A DNA stretch of 64,000 bases from Clostridia bacterium (GTDB lineage: Bacteria; Bacillota; Clostridia; UMGS1840), in assembly GCA_017468465.1 (NCBI GenBank), contig JAFUIN010000023.1:5080-69079 (forward strand). The letters are read 5' to 3'. A program made the translations under genes and the position numbers. Positions 27,766 through 36,906 of the stretch are shown in pieces; the stretch's first letter is position 1; the number at the start of each line of letters is the position of its first letter. Under the pieces are notes generated by a model. The model was given only the letters and a program-made list of their open reading frames with translations, searched no databases and was not told the origin of the DNA.

Positions 27766-29127
27766 TTACTGCTGAACGCCGTATTTTTTTTGAACATTCT
27801 CCCGCCGTTTTAAGAGAATCATGGTTCCACCCACGATAACATGGCAAAGAACAACGTCAAACAATATATTATACAAAAAGAGTTCAGCCCCAAGGGCGGC
27901 TTCTCCACTCACAAATATCGGAGCCATAAAGGCAAAAAGTGCCGCAACACACAACAGTATCAAAAATAATGCTTGCGCTTTTTGAACATTTTGTTCTGCT
28001 TTTTTGAGTCGGATGCCGCACCATATAATAACTGCGCCGAAAAACGCCAATACAAACCAGAAATCCGGCTGAATAAAGCGCCGTTTCAATCCGCTGTATA
28101 AGTTGAAACCGTATTTTAATTTCTGAATTTCCGGATAGTTGGACACATATTGCTGACGAATTTCGTAACCGTTATCGGCAGCGCATTCTAATTTTTCTAA
28201 AAATGCTGACGGATGGGTCAGATAATATCCGATAATTTTTCCGTAATTTACGGATAATCTACCATCATCCAACACAGCAGAATCTACATCATATACCGTC
28301 TTTCCCACATACTGCTCTGCTTCCGCAGGAAGCCCCAAATCAAGAACTGCAGCTGTATCCGGATTATCTTTCAATATACCGTAATAAATAGCATGAAAGC
28401 GATTCTGCTGCTCTTTTTGGAAGAATACTCCGCCGCTAAAGCATACCACAGAACCCACTGATACTGCCACTGCCAAGCAAGCAGTCACAATCCGGTACCA
28501 CAAATCTTTTCTGACAAAAAGCGTGGGAATCAGGCAAAGTGCCAGGAAGATACCAATCCAGAAATATCCGGGTTTCAAGCCAGCTGCAAAAAATGAAAGC
28601 AATGCACACAAGAGGGTACGAATCATCCCCGGCTTTCCGTACAGCTGCGATAGTATCAGGCAAACTGTTACTAAAATTACACAGTAAAAGGCACCTTCTA
28701 TATTCAAAGAATTCAAGTGCAAAAGATATGCAAAATCGCAGAAAAGAAAAATTCCAACGCCTGCAATCAGCAGCTTATACCAAGACTTTTCGGCTGGATA
28801 TTTTGCAATAAAATACGCCATCGACAAAAGAACAGCAAGAAAATATATACTTGCCAACCCTCTCACATCAAAACCGGAAAACAAGGCAGACAGCGGCCGC
28901 AGAATCCAATTCATAGTGCCGGTGTAGCTATTTTCACAAGGGATAGCAGTAAAATACGTCTGACATCCGTTTGAGCTGTTTAAGAAAAAGCCGCCGGAAG
29001 CAATCTGGAAATAATCGGAACCACCCATTCCTGCCACAGGTGCCAACAGATTACACCATGCAAACAACAGAATAGAAACCCCTAAACACAAAAGGATTGC
29101 CTGTTTTGTTGTCCATTCTTTTTTCAA
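27766..29127 (-). CDS. Polytopic membrane protein, WsfD-like putative GT-C glycosyltransferase
   Basis: Multiple TM helices, NSL..E, loop FHAIYYGILKD...LGLP...GKT, YYLTHP..F, resembling recalled WsfD-type S-layer glycan transferases. Confidence 0.5.
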   Translation of the reverse strand: MKKEWTTKQAILLCLGVSILLFAWCNLLAPVAGMGGSDYFQIASGGFFLNSSNGCQTYFTAIPCENSYTGTMNWILRPLSALFSGFDVRGLASIYFLAVLLSMAYFIAKYPAEKSWYKLLIAGVGIFLFCDFAYLLHLNSLNIEGAFYCVILVTVCLILSQLYGKPGMIRTLLCALLSFFAAGLKPGYFWIGIFLALCLIPTLFVRKDLWYRIVTACLAVAVSVGSVVCFSGGVFFQKEQQNRFHAIYYGILKDNPDTAAVLDLGLPAEAEQYVGKTVYDVDSAVLDDGRLSVNYGKIIGYYLTHPSAFLEKLECAADNGYEIRQQYVSNYPEIQKLKYGFNLYSGLKRRFIQPDFWFVLAFFGAVIIWCGIRLKKAEQNVQKAQALFLILLCVAALFAFMAPIFVSGEAALGAELFLYNILFDVVLCHVIVGGTMILLKRRENVQKKYGVQQ

Positions 29128-29187
29128 AATATTTTACACCTCCAACGGTTATCTCCATTTCTTATACGAAAAACAAAAAAATGGACG

Positions 29188-29223
29188 ACAAAACATCTTT
29201 TTTCCATAAAAGATGTTTTGTCG
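29188..29223 (-). terminator. Hairpin/terminator after the zinc-ribbon gene
   Basis: GACAAAACATCTTTT...AAAAGATGTTTTGTC perfect stem. Confidence 0.65.
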
Positions 29224-29237
29224 AGCACTTCTGACAG

Positions 29238-29597
29238 TTATTTCAGTTTTTCACCACAGGATAAACAGAAATTTGCATCATTGGGATTGGTTTTTTTGCA
29301 TGCAGGGCAAAGAGATACATTTTTGATGCTGTTAATTTCATCTTTGATTGCAGAGATTTCTTCATATTTTGCATCAATATCCTTAAGCATCATGTCAATA
29401 TCTTCAGAAAATTCTGCTCCTGCTTCATAATCACGATATACCAGCATACCGATATTTTTGAAAAGCTTATCAATTTTTGTTTCCAATTCGTTAATAGAAA
29501 AAGTCAAACGGGTAATGTCATACAACTCGGTAGACTTCTCCTTTGTGTATTTTGCAGTTTTGGACACTGTGCTTTTCACTTTATCAAACCATTCCAT
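29238..29597 (-). CDS. Coiled-coil zinc-ribbon domain protein
   Basis: C-terminal CPAC...N...ANFCLSCG; RBS GGAGG before MEWFDK. Confidence 0.8.
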   Translation of the reverse strand: MEWFDKVKSTVSKTAKYTKEKSTELYDITRLTFSINELETKIDKLFKNIGMLVYRDYEAGAEFSEDIDMMLKDIDAKYEEISAIKDEINSIKNVSLCPACKKTNPNDANFCLSCGEKLK

Positions 29598-29645
29598 AAA
29601 TAATACCTCCATTATAATAATTTATAGTAACATTATATTATTCTT

Positions 29646-30407
29646 TTATCTTTTTCTGCGCAAAACTTCATACATACTGATTCCACCGGCAACCGCAACA
29701 TTCAGCGACTCAATGTCGGAGTCCATGGGGATAATATAAACTTCATTCAAGGTTGCAAGAAGTTCTTTGGAAATGCCGTTTGCTTCCGAGCCCAGCATAA
29801 TGGCTGTTTTATCGGAAAATGAAGTCTCATAAATGGACTTTGCAGTTTCCGTTAAAGCGGCTCCGTATATGGTGTAACCTTGTTCCTGCAAGGCAGAAAC
29901 CAAATCGGCTAAATCCTTTACCCGAATCAGATTCAACGAAAAAATTGCAGACATCGCAGAACGAACCACCTTGGGAGAAAACACATCGGCACAATTTTCG
30001 TCCATAACGATGTCAGTAAACCCACTTGCCAATGCTGTGCGTAAAATCGTTCCTAAATTACCGGGGTCGGACACTCTATTTAACAAAAGTACCTGCCCGG
30101 AGGTAATCTTTCGCTCTTCCGGCATATGAAACACTGCCACAATTCCCTGCGGTGTCTTGGTTTCACAGACTTCCTTTAATACAGCATCGCTGACACGGTA
30201 TATGTCTGTTCCTTCCAATGCGGGAACCGGCTCTGCAAACGTATTTTCCACAAGAAGCATGCTTGGCTGCTGCTTCTTTATACTGTCCATAACATTCCGA
30301 TATCCCTCGGAAAGAAACATACCGCTTTGTTCCCGATATTTTTTCTGTTTGAGCTTTTTGAGTTCACAAACAGTTTTGTTTTTAGAACTGGTGATTTCTT
30401 TTATCAT
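29646..30407 (-). CDS. TrmH-family RNA methyltransferase
   Basis: ITS..N, TPQGIVAV, DPGNLGTILRTA, GSEANG, ESLNVAVA. Confidence 0.92.
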   Translation of the reverse strand: MIKEITSSKNKTVCELKKLKQKKYREQSGMFLSEGYRNVMDSIKKQQPSMLLVENTFAEPVPALEGTDIYRVSDAVLKEVCETKTPQGIVAVFHMPEERKITSGQVLLLNRVSDPGNLGTILRTALASGFTDIVMDENCADVFSPKVVRSAMSAIFSLNLIRVKDLADLVSALQEQGYTIYGAALTETAKSIYETSFSDKTAIMLGSEANGISKELLATLNEVYIIPMDSDIESLNVAVAGGISMYEVLRRKR

Positions 30408-30468
30408 ACTATGCTCTCCATGAGGAATTGGGAATCTGTATCAACGATAAACAAGTGCACAATCACGG

Positions 30469-30907
30469 GATACGCTGCTTTCTACGGTATGTAGTTGGTG
30501 GAAAGCAGCAAGTATATTGTGCATTTTAGCGAATGCCGCGTACGTCTTTGTACGCAAGCGAGCGCAAATGTGCAAGGTACGCCGCTATCCATGGTATGTA
30601 ATTTGAGGAAAGAAGTAAGTAGATTGTGCATTTTAGTGAGTGCCGCGTACGTCTTTGTACGCAAGCGAGCGCAAATGTGCAAGATACGCTGCTATCCATG
30701 GTATGTAATTTGAAGAAAGAAGCAAGTAGATTGTGCATTTTAGTGAGTGCCGCGTACGTCTTTGTACGCAAGCGAACGTAAATGTGCAAGGTACGCCGCT
30801 ATTCATGATATGTAATTTGAAGAAAGAAGCAAGTAGATTGTGCATTTTAGTGAGTGCCGCGTACGCCTTTGTACGCAAGCGAACGTAAATGTGCAAGGTA
30901 CGCCGCT
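30469..30907. repeat. Tandem array of four 107-bp palindromic units
   Basis: TTGTGCATTTTAG recurs at 30517, 30624, 30731, 30838 (period 107); each unit has an inner GCGTAC..GTACGC and an outer TTGTGCATTT..AAATGTGCAA inverted repeat. Confidence 0.95.
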
Positions 30908-30914
30908 TATTTCT

Positions 30915-33092
30915 TCAAATTCTTTTGGCAGCAATGACGCCTCGGACATTATTCAACCGTACCAAAACCTTTGCAAGCTGGTCTTGACCGGTCACTTCAA
31001 TGGTTAGATGGATAAGTCCGGTGCCGTCTTTTACGACTTTGGCAGACATAGCGTTAACAGGCACTTTCATATCGTTTAGGGCAAGGGTTAAATCCACCAA
31101 AAGACCATTACGGTCTGCAGAAGTCACTGCAAGGTCTACGCTGTGAGAACTTCCGTCCTCTGCTGCCCAGGTGGCTTCGACCAGTCGGTTTTTGTCGCCG
31201 TCGGAGCGCTCGATGTCACGAAGTGCTACACAATCAGCACGGTGAATGGTAACACCACGGCCGCGGGTAATATACCCCACCACTTTATCTCCGGGAACGG
31301 GAGAACAGCATTTTGCGGTACGAACCAGGCAATTATCCTGCCCTTTTACCACAATTCCCTGCTTAATATGTTTTTTAACGGTTTTTTCTTTATTCGCATT
31401 TTGAATGTCATTCAAAACGGTATTATCATCCGGAACACGGGTGCGTTCCAGATAATCCTCAATACGAAGTGCGATTTTTTCGGGGGTTATACCTCCATAA
31501 CCCACAATCGCATAAAAGTCATCTACTTTGGCAACACTGTATTTTTTGGAAATGTAGCCAAAAAGCTCTTCATTTTCTACCAGTTCCTTCAGGGTCATAT
31601 CAAACTTTTTGATTTCTTTTTCCAGCATTTCTTTACCCTTTTGGATGTTTTCTTCCCGCTTTTCTTTTTTGAAAAACTGATTGATTTTACTTCTTGCCTG
31701 GCTGGTACGGGCAATTTTTAACCAATCGGCATGGGGACCGGAAGATGTGGCAGAGGTGATAATTTCCACAATGTCACCATTTTGCAGTTTTTGGTCGATG
31801 GGCACAATACGATTATTCACCTTGGCACCCACCATACGCCAACCAACAGCGCTATGAACCATAAATGCAAAATCTATAGGAGTGGACCCACTGGGGAGAC
31901 TGTATACATCCCCTTTGGGTGAAAAAACAAAAACTTCGTCAGCAAATAAGTCAATTTTTATATGGCTGATATATTCCGATGGGTTAGAAAAATCTTTTTC
32001 AGTTTCCAACAACTGACGAACCCACTGGAATTTATCCCCGGAGCCGCTTTTGTTCTGGGCTCCTTCTTTATACTTCCAATGTGCAGCAATGCCGTATTCT
32101 GCAGTGCGGTGCATATCCCAGGTTCTGATTTGAATTTCGAACGGGGTTCCCGCATGACTGACTAAGGTTGTATGCAAAGACTGATACATATTCTGCTTGG
32201 GCATACTGATATAGTCCTTAAATCTGCCGGGAATCGGTTTATAAAGCTCGTGTACACAACCGAGCACAGTATAGCACTCCGTAATGTTGCCGACTATGAT
32301 ACGAAGTGCGAACAAATCATATATTTCGTCTATGGTGATGTTTTTAGAGTACATCTTCTTATAGATGCTGTAAAAATGTTTTGCTCTACCCTCAATATGA
32401 GCCTGCACACCGATTTCGGAAAGCTTTTCGGTCAGCTGGTCTTTGATGTCCTCAACAATCTGAAGACGCTGTGTACGCTTTTTGGCGATTCCGGTAGAAA
32501 TTTCTTTATAACCAATGGGGTCCAGATACAATAAAGATAAGTCCTCCAACTCCCATTTTAAGTTATAAATCCCCAAGCGGTGCGCAATCGGAGCATAAAT
32601 CTCCATGGTTTCCAGCGCTTTCTCACGCCGCTTTTCCTCAGGCATACTTTTCAACGTGCGCATATTGTGAAGACGGTCTGCCAGCTTGATGAGAATGACA
32701 CGGATGTCTTTTGCCATCGCCATAAACATCTTTCTTAAATTTTCAATCTGCTCTTCTTCTTTGGAGCTAAAATCAATTTGCCCCAATTTTGTTACACCGT
32801 CTACAATGTTGGCAATATCTTCGCCAAATTCTTTTTTTACATAGTCATAACCGTACTCGGTATCTTCAATGGTATCGTGGAGCAATGCAGCACAAATAGA
32901 CTCGTCGTCCAGATTCAACTCAGCAATGATTTCTGCAACAGAAAACGGATGATTATAATAAGGTTCTCCGCTTCGCCGAAACTGACCTTCATGAGCCATT
33001 TTACAAAACTGATAGGTTTTTTGCAACAATCCCTCGTTACACTTTGGATTATACTTCTTTACTTTTTCTAAAAGCGCAGAAAACTGTTCCAT
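30915..33092 (-). CDS. relA: Bifunctional (p)ppGpp synthetase/hydrolase (Rel)
   Basis: R.SGEPY..HP, HDTIEDT, IKLADRLHNMRTL, YQSLHTT, EIQIRT, GIAAHWKYKE; TGS and ACT domains. Confidence 0.97.
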   Translation of the reverse strand: MEQFSALLEKVKKYNPKCNEGLLQKTYQFCKMAHEGQFRRSGEPYYNHPFSVAEIIAELNLDDESICAALLHDTIEDTEYGYDYVKKEFGEDIANIVDGVTKLGQIDFSSKEEEQIENLRKMFMAMAKDIRVILIKLADRLHNMRTLKSMPEEKRREKALETMEIYAPIAHRLGIYNLKWELEDLSLLYLDPIGYKEISTGIAKKRTQRLQIVEDIKDQLTEKLSEIGVQAHIEGRAKHFYSIYKKMYSKNITIDEIYDLFALRIIVGNITECYTVLGCVHELYKPIPGRFKDYISMPKQNMYQSLHTTLVSHAGTPFEIQIRTWDMHRTAEYGIAAHWKYKEGAQNKSGSGDKFQWVRQLLETEKDFSNPSEYISHIKIDLFADEVFVFSPKGDVYSLPSGSTPIDFAFMVHSAVGWRMVGAKVNNRIVPIDQKLQNGDIVEIITSATSSGPHADWLKIARTSQARSKINQFFKKEKREENIQKGKEMLEKEIKKFDMTLKELVENEELFGYISKKYSVAKVDDFYAIVGYGGITPEKIALRIEDYLERTRVPDDNTVLNDIQNANKEKTVKKHIKQGIVVKGQDNCLVRTAKCCSPVPGDKVVGYITRGRGVTIHRADCVALRDIERSDGDKNRLVEATWAAEDGSSHSVDLAVTSADRNGLLVDLTLALNDMKVPVNAMSAKVVKDGTGLIHLTIEVTGQDQLAKVLVRLNNVRGVIAAKRI

Positions 33093-33135
33093 ACTGTTCT
33101 GTTAAAAACCTTTCTTCCACACACACGTAAGTCGA

Positions 33136-34842
33136 TTATACAAGCTTAATATCCTTTAATTTCAATGCAGGATATTTCTTATTCCGATACTCATTGGTAT
33201 AGGGTGATACAATGGCATTGACCACATCACCGTTACGGAGCATGCGGAAGCTTTCGTTGGAGCCAAGTCCAAAGCCAATCACCATAATGGAAAAGCTCTT
33301 CTTGGAAAATTTCATACGGATATGCTTTTCGTCTCCAAAATAGGTAATGTCCTCAATTTTTACTTTTTCAATGAGGAAATGAGGCATCGGATTGCCCATA
33401 CCACAGGGCTGAATGCCTTCCAGCATATCGGTCAATTCCAAATTGATATCCTTATCGGTGATTTTACCTTCGTAGGTAATTTCTTCCACGTACACTTTGG
33501 TGTTGAAATTTTCTTTGGCATAAAGGTTAATTTTTTCACGGAAAGCATCAATATTATCTTTCGAAACGGTCAACCCCGCTGCCAGCTCATGACCGCCGAA
33601 TTTTAGTAGCAAATCGTCGCAATAAGACAAAGCTTCAAACATATTGAAGCCCAAAAGACCGCGACAGGAGCCTTTTGCTTCGTTGCCTTCCACTGCAATC
33701 AATACACAGGGCTTTCCATATTTTTCAGTAATTCTGGATGCTACAATCCCGATTACACCGTGATGCCAGGATTCGGATGCCAACACAATGACACGATCTG
33801 TCGTATGCGATTTATCCTTATCAATAATTGCACAAGCCTGACGCAGAATTTCCTGTTCGATGGTCTGGCGGCGGATGTTTTCTTCACAAAGCATTTTTGC
33901 AAGAGATTCCGCTTCCTTCGGATCAGAGGTGGTGAACAGTCGAACCGCATCTACTGCGTTGCCCAAACGGCCAACTGCATTGATTCTGGGAGCAATAATA
34001 AAGCCAACATGCGAGGAAGTCAATACTTTTCCGGCAAGACCGGCTTCCTGAATCAGCGCTTTCAGACCAAGGTTCTGGGGATCGCCCAGAAGTTTTAAGC
34101 CAAGGGATACAAACACACGGTTTTCGCCGGTTAAGGTAACAATGTCTGCAATGGTACCAAGGCACAAAAGGTCACCGTAACGGTCCAACAGCTGTTTGGA
34201 TTTTCCGCCGCTTTCCAATGCTTCAATCAGCTTGAATGCAACGCCTACCCCGGATAATTCCTTGAAAGGATAGGTACAATCGGGACGCTTGGGGTTAATG
34301 ACCGCAAACGCCGGCGGAAGCTCTTCTTTACACTTATGATGGTCGGTTACAACCACAGAAATGCCCAGAGAAGTGGCATAACGGATATCGTCAAATGCGG
34401 TGATGCCGCAATCAGCCGTAATAATCAAGCCAACGCCGTCATTTTTGAAGGACAGCACAGCATCCTTATTCAAGCCGTACCCTTCATCAGAACGGGACGG
34501 GATGTAATAGGACACGTTGGCTCCAATGGATTTTAAGTACAGATAGATAATGGAAACAGCGGTAATGCCGTCAACATCATAATCTCCATACACAACAATT
34601 TTTTGATTCTGGGAAATGGTCTCGCGAATTTTAGAAACACCTTTTTCCATATCCTTAAGCAAAAAGGGATCTAAGAGTGCATCTACACTCGGATTCAAAA
34701 AAGCCGCTGCCTGTTCGGGAGTTTCAATACCGCGGTTACATAGAACATTTGCACAAAGCGGGTGCAATTTCAGCGCTTCTCCTATTTTATTTGCAGTTTC
34801 AGGATTGGGTTGTTTTAACACCCATTTGCTTTTTTTTGTCAT
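33136..34842 (-). CDS. recJ: ssDNA exonuclease RecJ
   Basis: GDYDVDG, EGYGL, DCGI, TDHH, PRINA.GRL, GVIGIVASR, GGHELAAG. Confidence 0.96.
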   Translation of the reverse strand: MTKKSKWVLKQPNPETANKIGEALKLHPLCANVLCNRGIETPEQAAAFLNPSVDALLDPFLLKDMEKGVSKIRETISQNQKIVVYGDYDVDGITAVSIIYLYLKSIGANVSYYIPSRSDEGYGLNKDAVLSFKNDGVGLIITADCGITAFDDIRYATSLGISVVVTDHHKCKEELPPAFAVINPKRPDCTYPFKELSGVGVAFKLIEALESGGKSKQLLDRYGDLLCLGTIADIVTLTGENRVFVSLGLKLLGDPQNLGLKALIQEAGLAGKVLTSSHVGFIIAPRINAVGRLGNAVDAVRLFTTSDPKEAESLAKMLCEENIRRQTIEQEILRQACAIIDKDKSHTTDRVIVLASESWHHGVIGIVASRITEKYGKPCVLIAVEGNEAKGSCRGLLGFNMFEALSYCDDLLLKFGGHELAAGLTVSKDNIDAFREKINLYAKENFNTKVYVEEITYEGKITDKDINLELTDMLEGIQPCGMGNPMPHFLIEKVKIEDITYFGDEKHIRMKFSKKSFSIMVIGFGLGSNESFRMLRNGDVVNAIVSPYTNEYRNKKYPALKLKDIKLV

Positions 34843-34874
34843 TACGTAAGCCCTGCTTTCTCATATTTTTTTAC

Positions 34875-34903
34875 ATTATACCACTAACAAAAAAAATTTT
34901 CAA
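34875..34903 (-). promoter_or_regulatory. Sigma-A promoter for recJ-relA
   Basis: TTGAAA-17 bp-TATAAT with TG extension. Confidence 0.7.
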
Positions 34904-34922
34904 GATATATTTGAAAAAAAAC

Positions 34923-34951
34923 TTTACAAATTTATAAAGTTATGCTAAAAT
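34923..34951 (+). promoter_or_regulatory. Sigma-A promoter for rsmD-coaD
   Basis: TTTACA-17 bp-TAAAAT with TG extension. Confidence 0.6.
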
Positions 34952-35063
34952 AGAAAATGATGTTTTGTAGGTATTCCTTTGTGCAATATGAATTTGCAAA
35001 AAGAAACAAAGCATAAAACTGCAAAACATATTAAGATTTTCCGATATCGGAGTTGATTTTATT

Positions 35064-35594
35064 TTGAAAGTTACCAGCGGAATTCGCAGAGGAACCCTGC
35101 TGTTCTCTCCTGAAGATTTATCGGTACGCCCCACAACAGATAAAGTAAAGCAAGCTGTTTTCAATATGATTCAGTTTGATGTGCAGAAAGATAGCGTGCT
35201 GGATTTGTTCGCTGGCAGCGGTGCATTGGGAATTGAAGCGTTAAGCAGAGGCGCAAAGCACTGCACCTTTGTGGATATACAGCCGGAGATTGTCAGAAAA
35301 AATGTGGAAAAGGTTCGTTTTGGCGATATTTCCACCATTGTTTGTAAGGACTATCAAACTTTTTTGAAGCAATGCACCACACGATTTGATTTGGTTTTTT
35401 TAGACCCACCCTACCAGAACGGGATGGTTGAGGCAGCTCTTAAGCTTTTAATTGCGCACAATCTTTTGCTTCCCGACTGCCTGATTGTTTGGGAAAGCGA
35501 CGCATCCGAGCAAATAACACCACCCGATGAAATCCGGATTCTGAAGGAACGAACCTTCGGAAGAATCCACGTCAGAATTGGAGCACTATCATGA
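35064..35594 (+). CDS. rsmD: 16S rRNA (G966) N2-methyltransferase
   Basis: [33 protein letters not shown]; overlaps coaD start. Confidence 0.93.
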   Translation: MKVTSGIRRGTLLFSPEDLSVRPTTDKVKQAVFNMIQFDVQKDSVLDLFAGSGALGIEALSRGAKHCTFVDIQPEIVRKNVEKVRFGDISTIVCKDYQTFLKQCTTRFDLVFLDPPYQNGMVEAALKLLIAHNLLLPDCLIVWESDASEQITPPDEIRILKERTFGRIHVRIGALS

Positions 35595-36064
35595 AAATCG
35601 CAATTTATCCCGGCAGTTTCGACCCGCTGACCAACGGACACCTGGATATTATTACACGGTCCTCAAAATTATTTGACAAAGTCATTGTGACCGTGCTGAC
35701 AAACAGCAGCAAGCAACCGCTGTTTTCAGTGGAAGAACGCCTTGATCTCATCCGTCGGACCACCAAGCACCTTCCCAATGTGGAGGCAGAATGTTTTGCC
35801 GGTTTGCTGGTGGATTTTGCAAAAGAAAAAAATTGTAATGTTTTAATTAAGGGGCTTCGCGTTATGTCGGATTTTGAATACGAATTCCAAATGGCGCTGG
35901 CAAACAAAAGCCTGATGCCGAATGTGGAAACCATGTTCTTGCCCACAGCACAGGAGTATATGTTTTTATCCTCCAGCATCGTGAAAGAACTGGCACGTTA
36001 TCACGGCGATCTGACAGGCTTGGTTCCCCCTGAAATTGAGCAGGATATACGAAATAAATTTTAA
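35591..36064 (+). CDS. coaD: Phosphopantetheine adenylyltransferase
   Basis: [38 protein letters not shown]. Confidence 0.97.
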   Translation: MKIAIYPGSFDPLTNGHLDIITRSSKLFDKVIVTVLTNSSKQPLFSVEERLDLIRRTTKHLPNVEAECFAGLLVDFAKEKNCNVLIKGLRVMSDFEYEFQMALANKSLMPNVETMFLPTAQEYMFLSSSIVKELARYHGDLTGLVPPEIEQDIRNKF

Positions 36065-36096
36065 CTGTTTTTGAAAGACAGAAAGGAGCATCTCTT

Positions 36097-36675
36097 ATGG
36101 ATTTACAGGCATTGATAGACGAATTGGAAGAAATCGTTGAATCTGCATCAAAAGTACCGCTTTCCAGCAAATGTATGATTGACCGGGAGGAAGTCTGGAG
36201 TGTAATTGAGCAAATCAGACTGCACTACCCCGAAGAATTAAAACAGGCACAATGGGTAAAAAAAGAGAGAGAACGCATCATCAACGAAGCAAATCAGGAA
36301 GCTGCCTCTATTATTGAGACTGCAAATCAGCAGGTTGTGCAAATGGTCAACGAAACCGAAATCATCAAAATTGCAAAAGCAAAAGCAGATGAACTGGTAA
36401 AAGAAGCTGACCTGGAAGCAGTGGAAATCAAGCACAAAGCTGAAGTGGCAGCGACTGCTCATTATGACGAAGTGAAGGAACGTGCAGACCAGTATAAATT
36501 AAACGCTCAAAAATATGCAGACGGACTTTTGGCAACTGCAGACAATGCAGTAAATTCTGCCAGAGACACCCTTTATAACGCATACACTCAAATTAACGCT
36601 TCCTATCAGGAAACCGAAACACTTCTGGACAAAATTGCATCTTCCAGACAGGTCATTAACGGCGCAAAAGAATAA
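36097..36675 (+). CDS. Coiled-coil protein typically following coaD in Clostridia (DivIVA/ATPase subunit H-like)
   Basis: LIDELEEIVE.A.KVPLS.K.MIDREE, PEELKQAQW..KER.RI; alanine/glutamate-rich coiled coil. Confidence 0.7.
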   Translation: MDLQALIDELEEIVESASKVPLSSKCMIDREEVWSVIEQIRLHYPEELKQAQWVKKERERIINEANQEAASIIETANQQVVQMVNETEIIKIAKAKADELVKEADLEAVEIKHKAEVAATAHYDEVKERADQYKLNAQKYADGLLATADNAVNSARDTLYNAYTQINASYQETETLLDKIASSRQVINGAKE

Positions 36676-36676
36676 A

Positions 36677-36833
36677 AATCGTCAGGCCGCAAGGTGCAAC
36701 GATGAAGACATTAAATTTGGGAACGATTTACATAAGCTGCCCTTTCTCTATAAGTGCGATTTGAACAACAGTTGGTGAAACCAATGAAGTGAAAGAAAAG
36801 CAAGTTGTGTAATCAACCGCAGAACATTGCAAT
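36677..36833. ncRNA. Candidate structured non-coding RNA (family not identified)
   Basis: 5' hairpin ATCGT-CAG-GCC-GCAA-GGT-GCA-ACGAT plus long imperfect rod GATTTACATAAGCTGCCCTTTCT...AGAAAAGCAAGTTGTGTAATC with an internal TTGGT-GAA-ACCAA hairpin; followed by a terminator. Confidence 0.3.
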
Positions 36834-36837
36834 AAAT

Positions 36838-36877
36838 AAAAGGGCTATTACTCCATCGGGTAACAGCCCTTTCTTTC
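36838..36877 (+). terminator. Intrinsic terminator
   Basis: AAGGGCTATTAC...GTAACAGCCCTT followed by TCTTT. Confidence 0.7.
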
Positions 36878-36906
36878 CCCTTAGATTAAGTTGTCAGGAG
36901 TCTGAT

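Noticed and set aside
27722-27847. ORF-track N-terminal extension of alaS, or a T-box leader
   Set aside because: It overlaps the upstream gene; AlaS homology starts at 27721 and no T-box motif is visible.
30482-30896. Short ORFs (66-87 aa) inside the relA array
   Set aside because: By-products of the repeat; the period is not a multiple of 3 and there is no RBS.
30469-30907. Possible CRISPR array
   Set aside because: The whole 107-bp unit repeats; no unique spacers and no cas genes.
33136-34842. DHH protein as the NrN partner of the CorA effector
   Set aside because: It is a full-length canonical RecJ in the usual recJ-relA context, 21 kb away.
36805-36906. ORF-track N-terminal extension of uvrC
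   Set aside because: It spans a terminator hairpin; an RBS supports ATG 36907.
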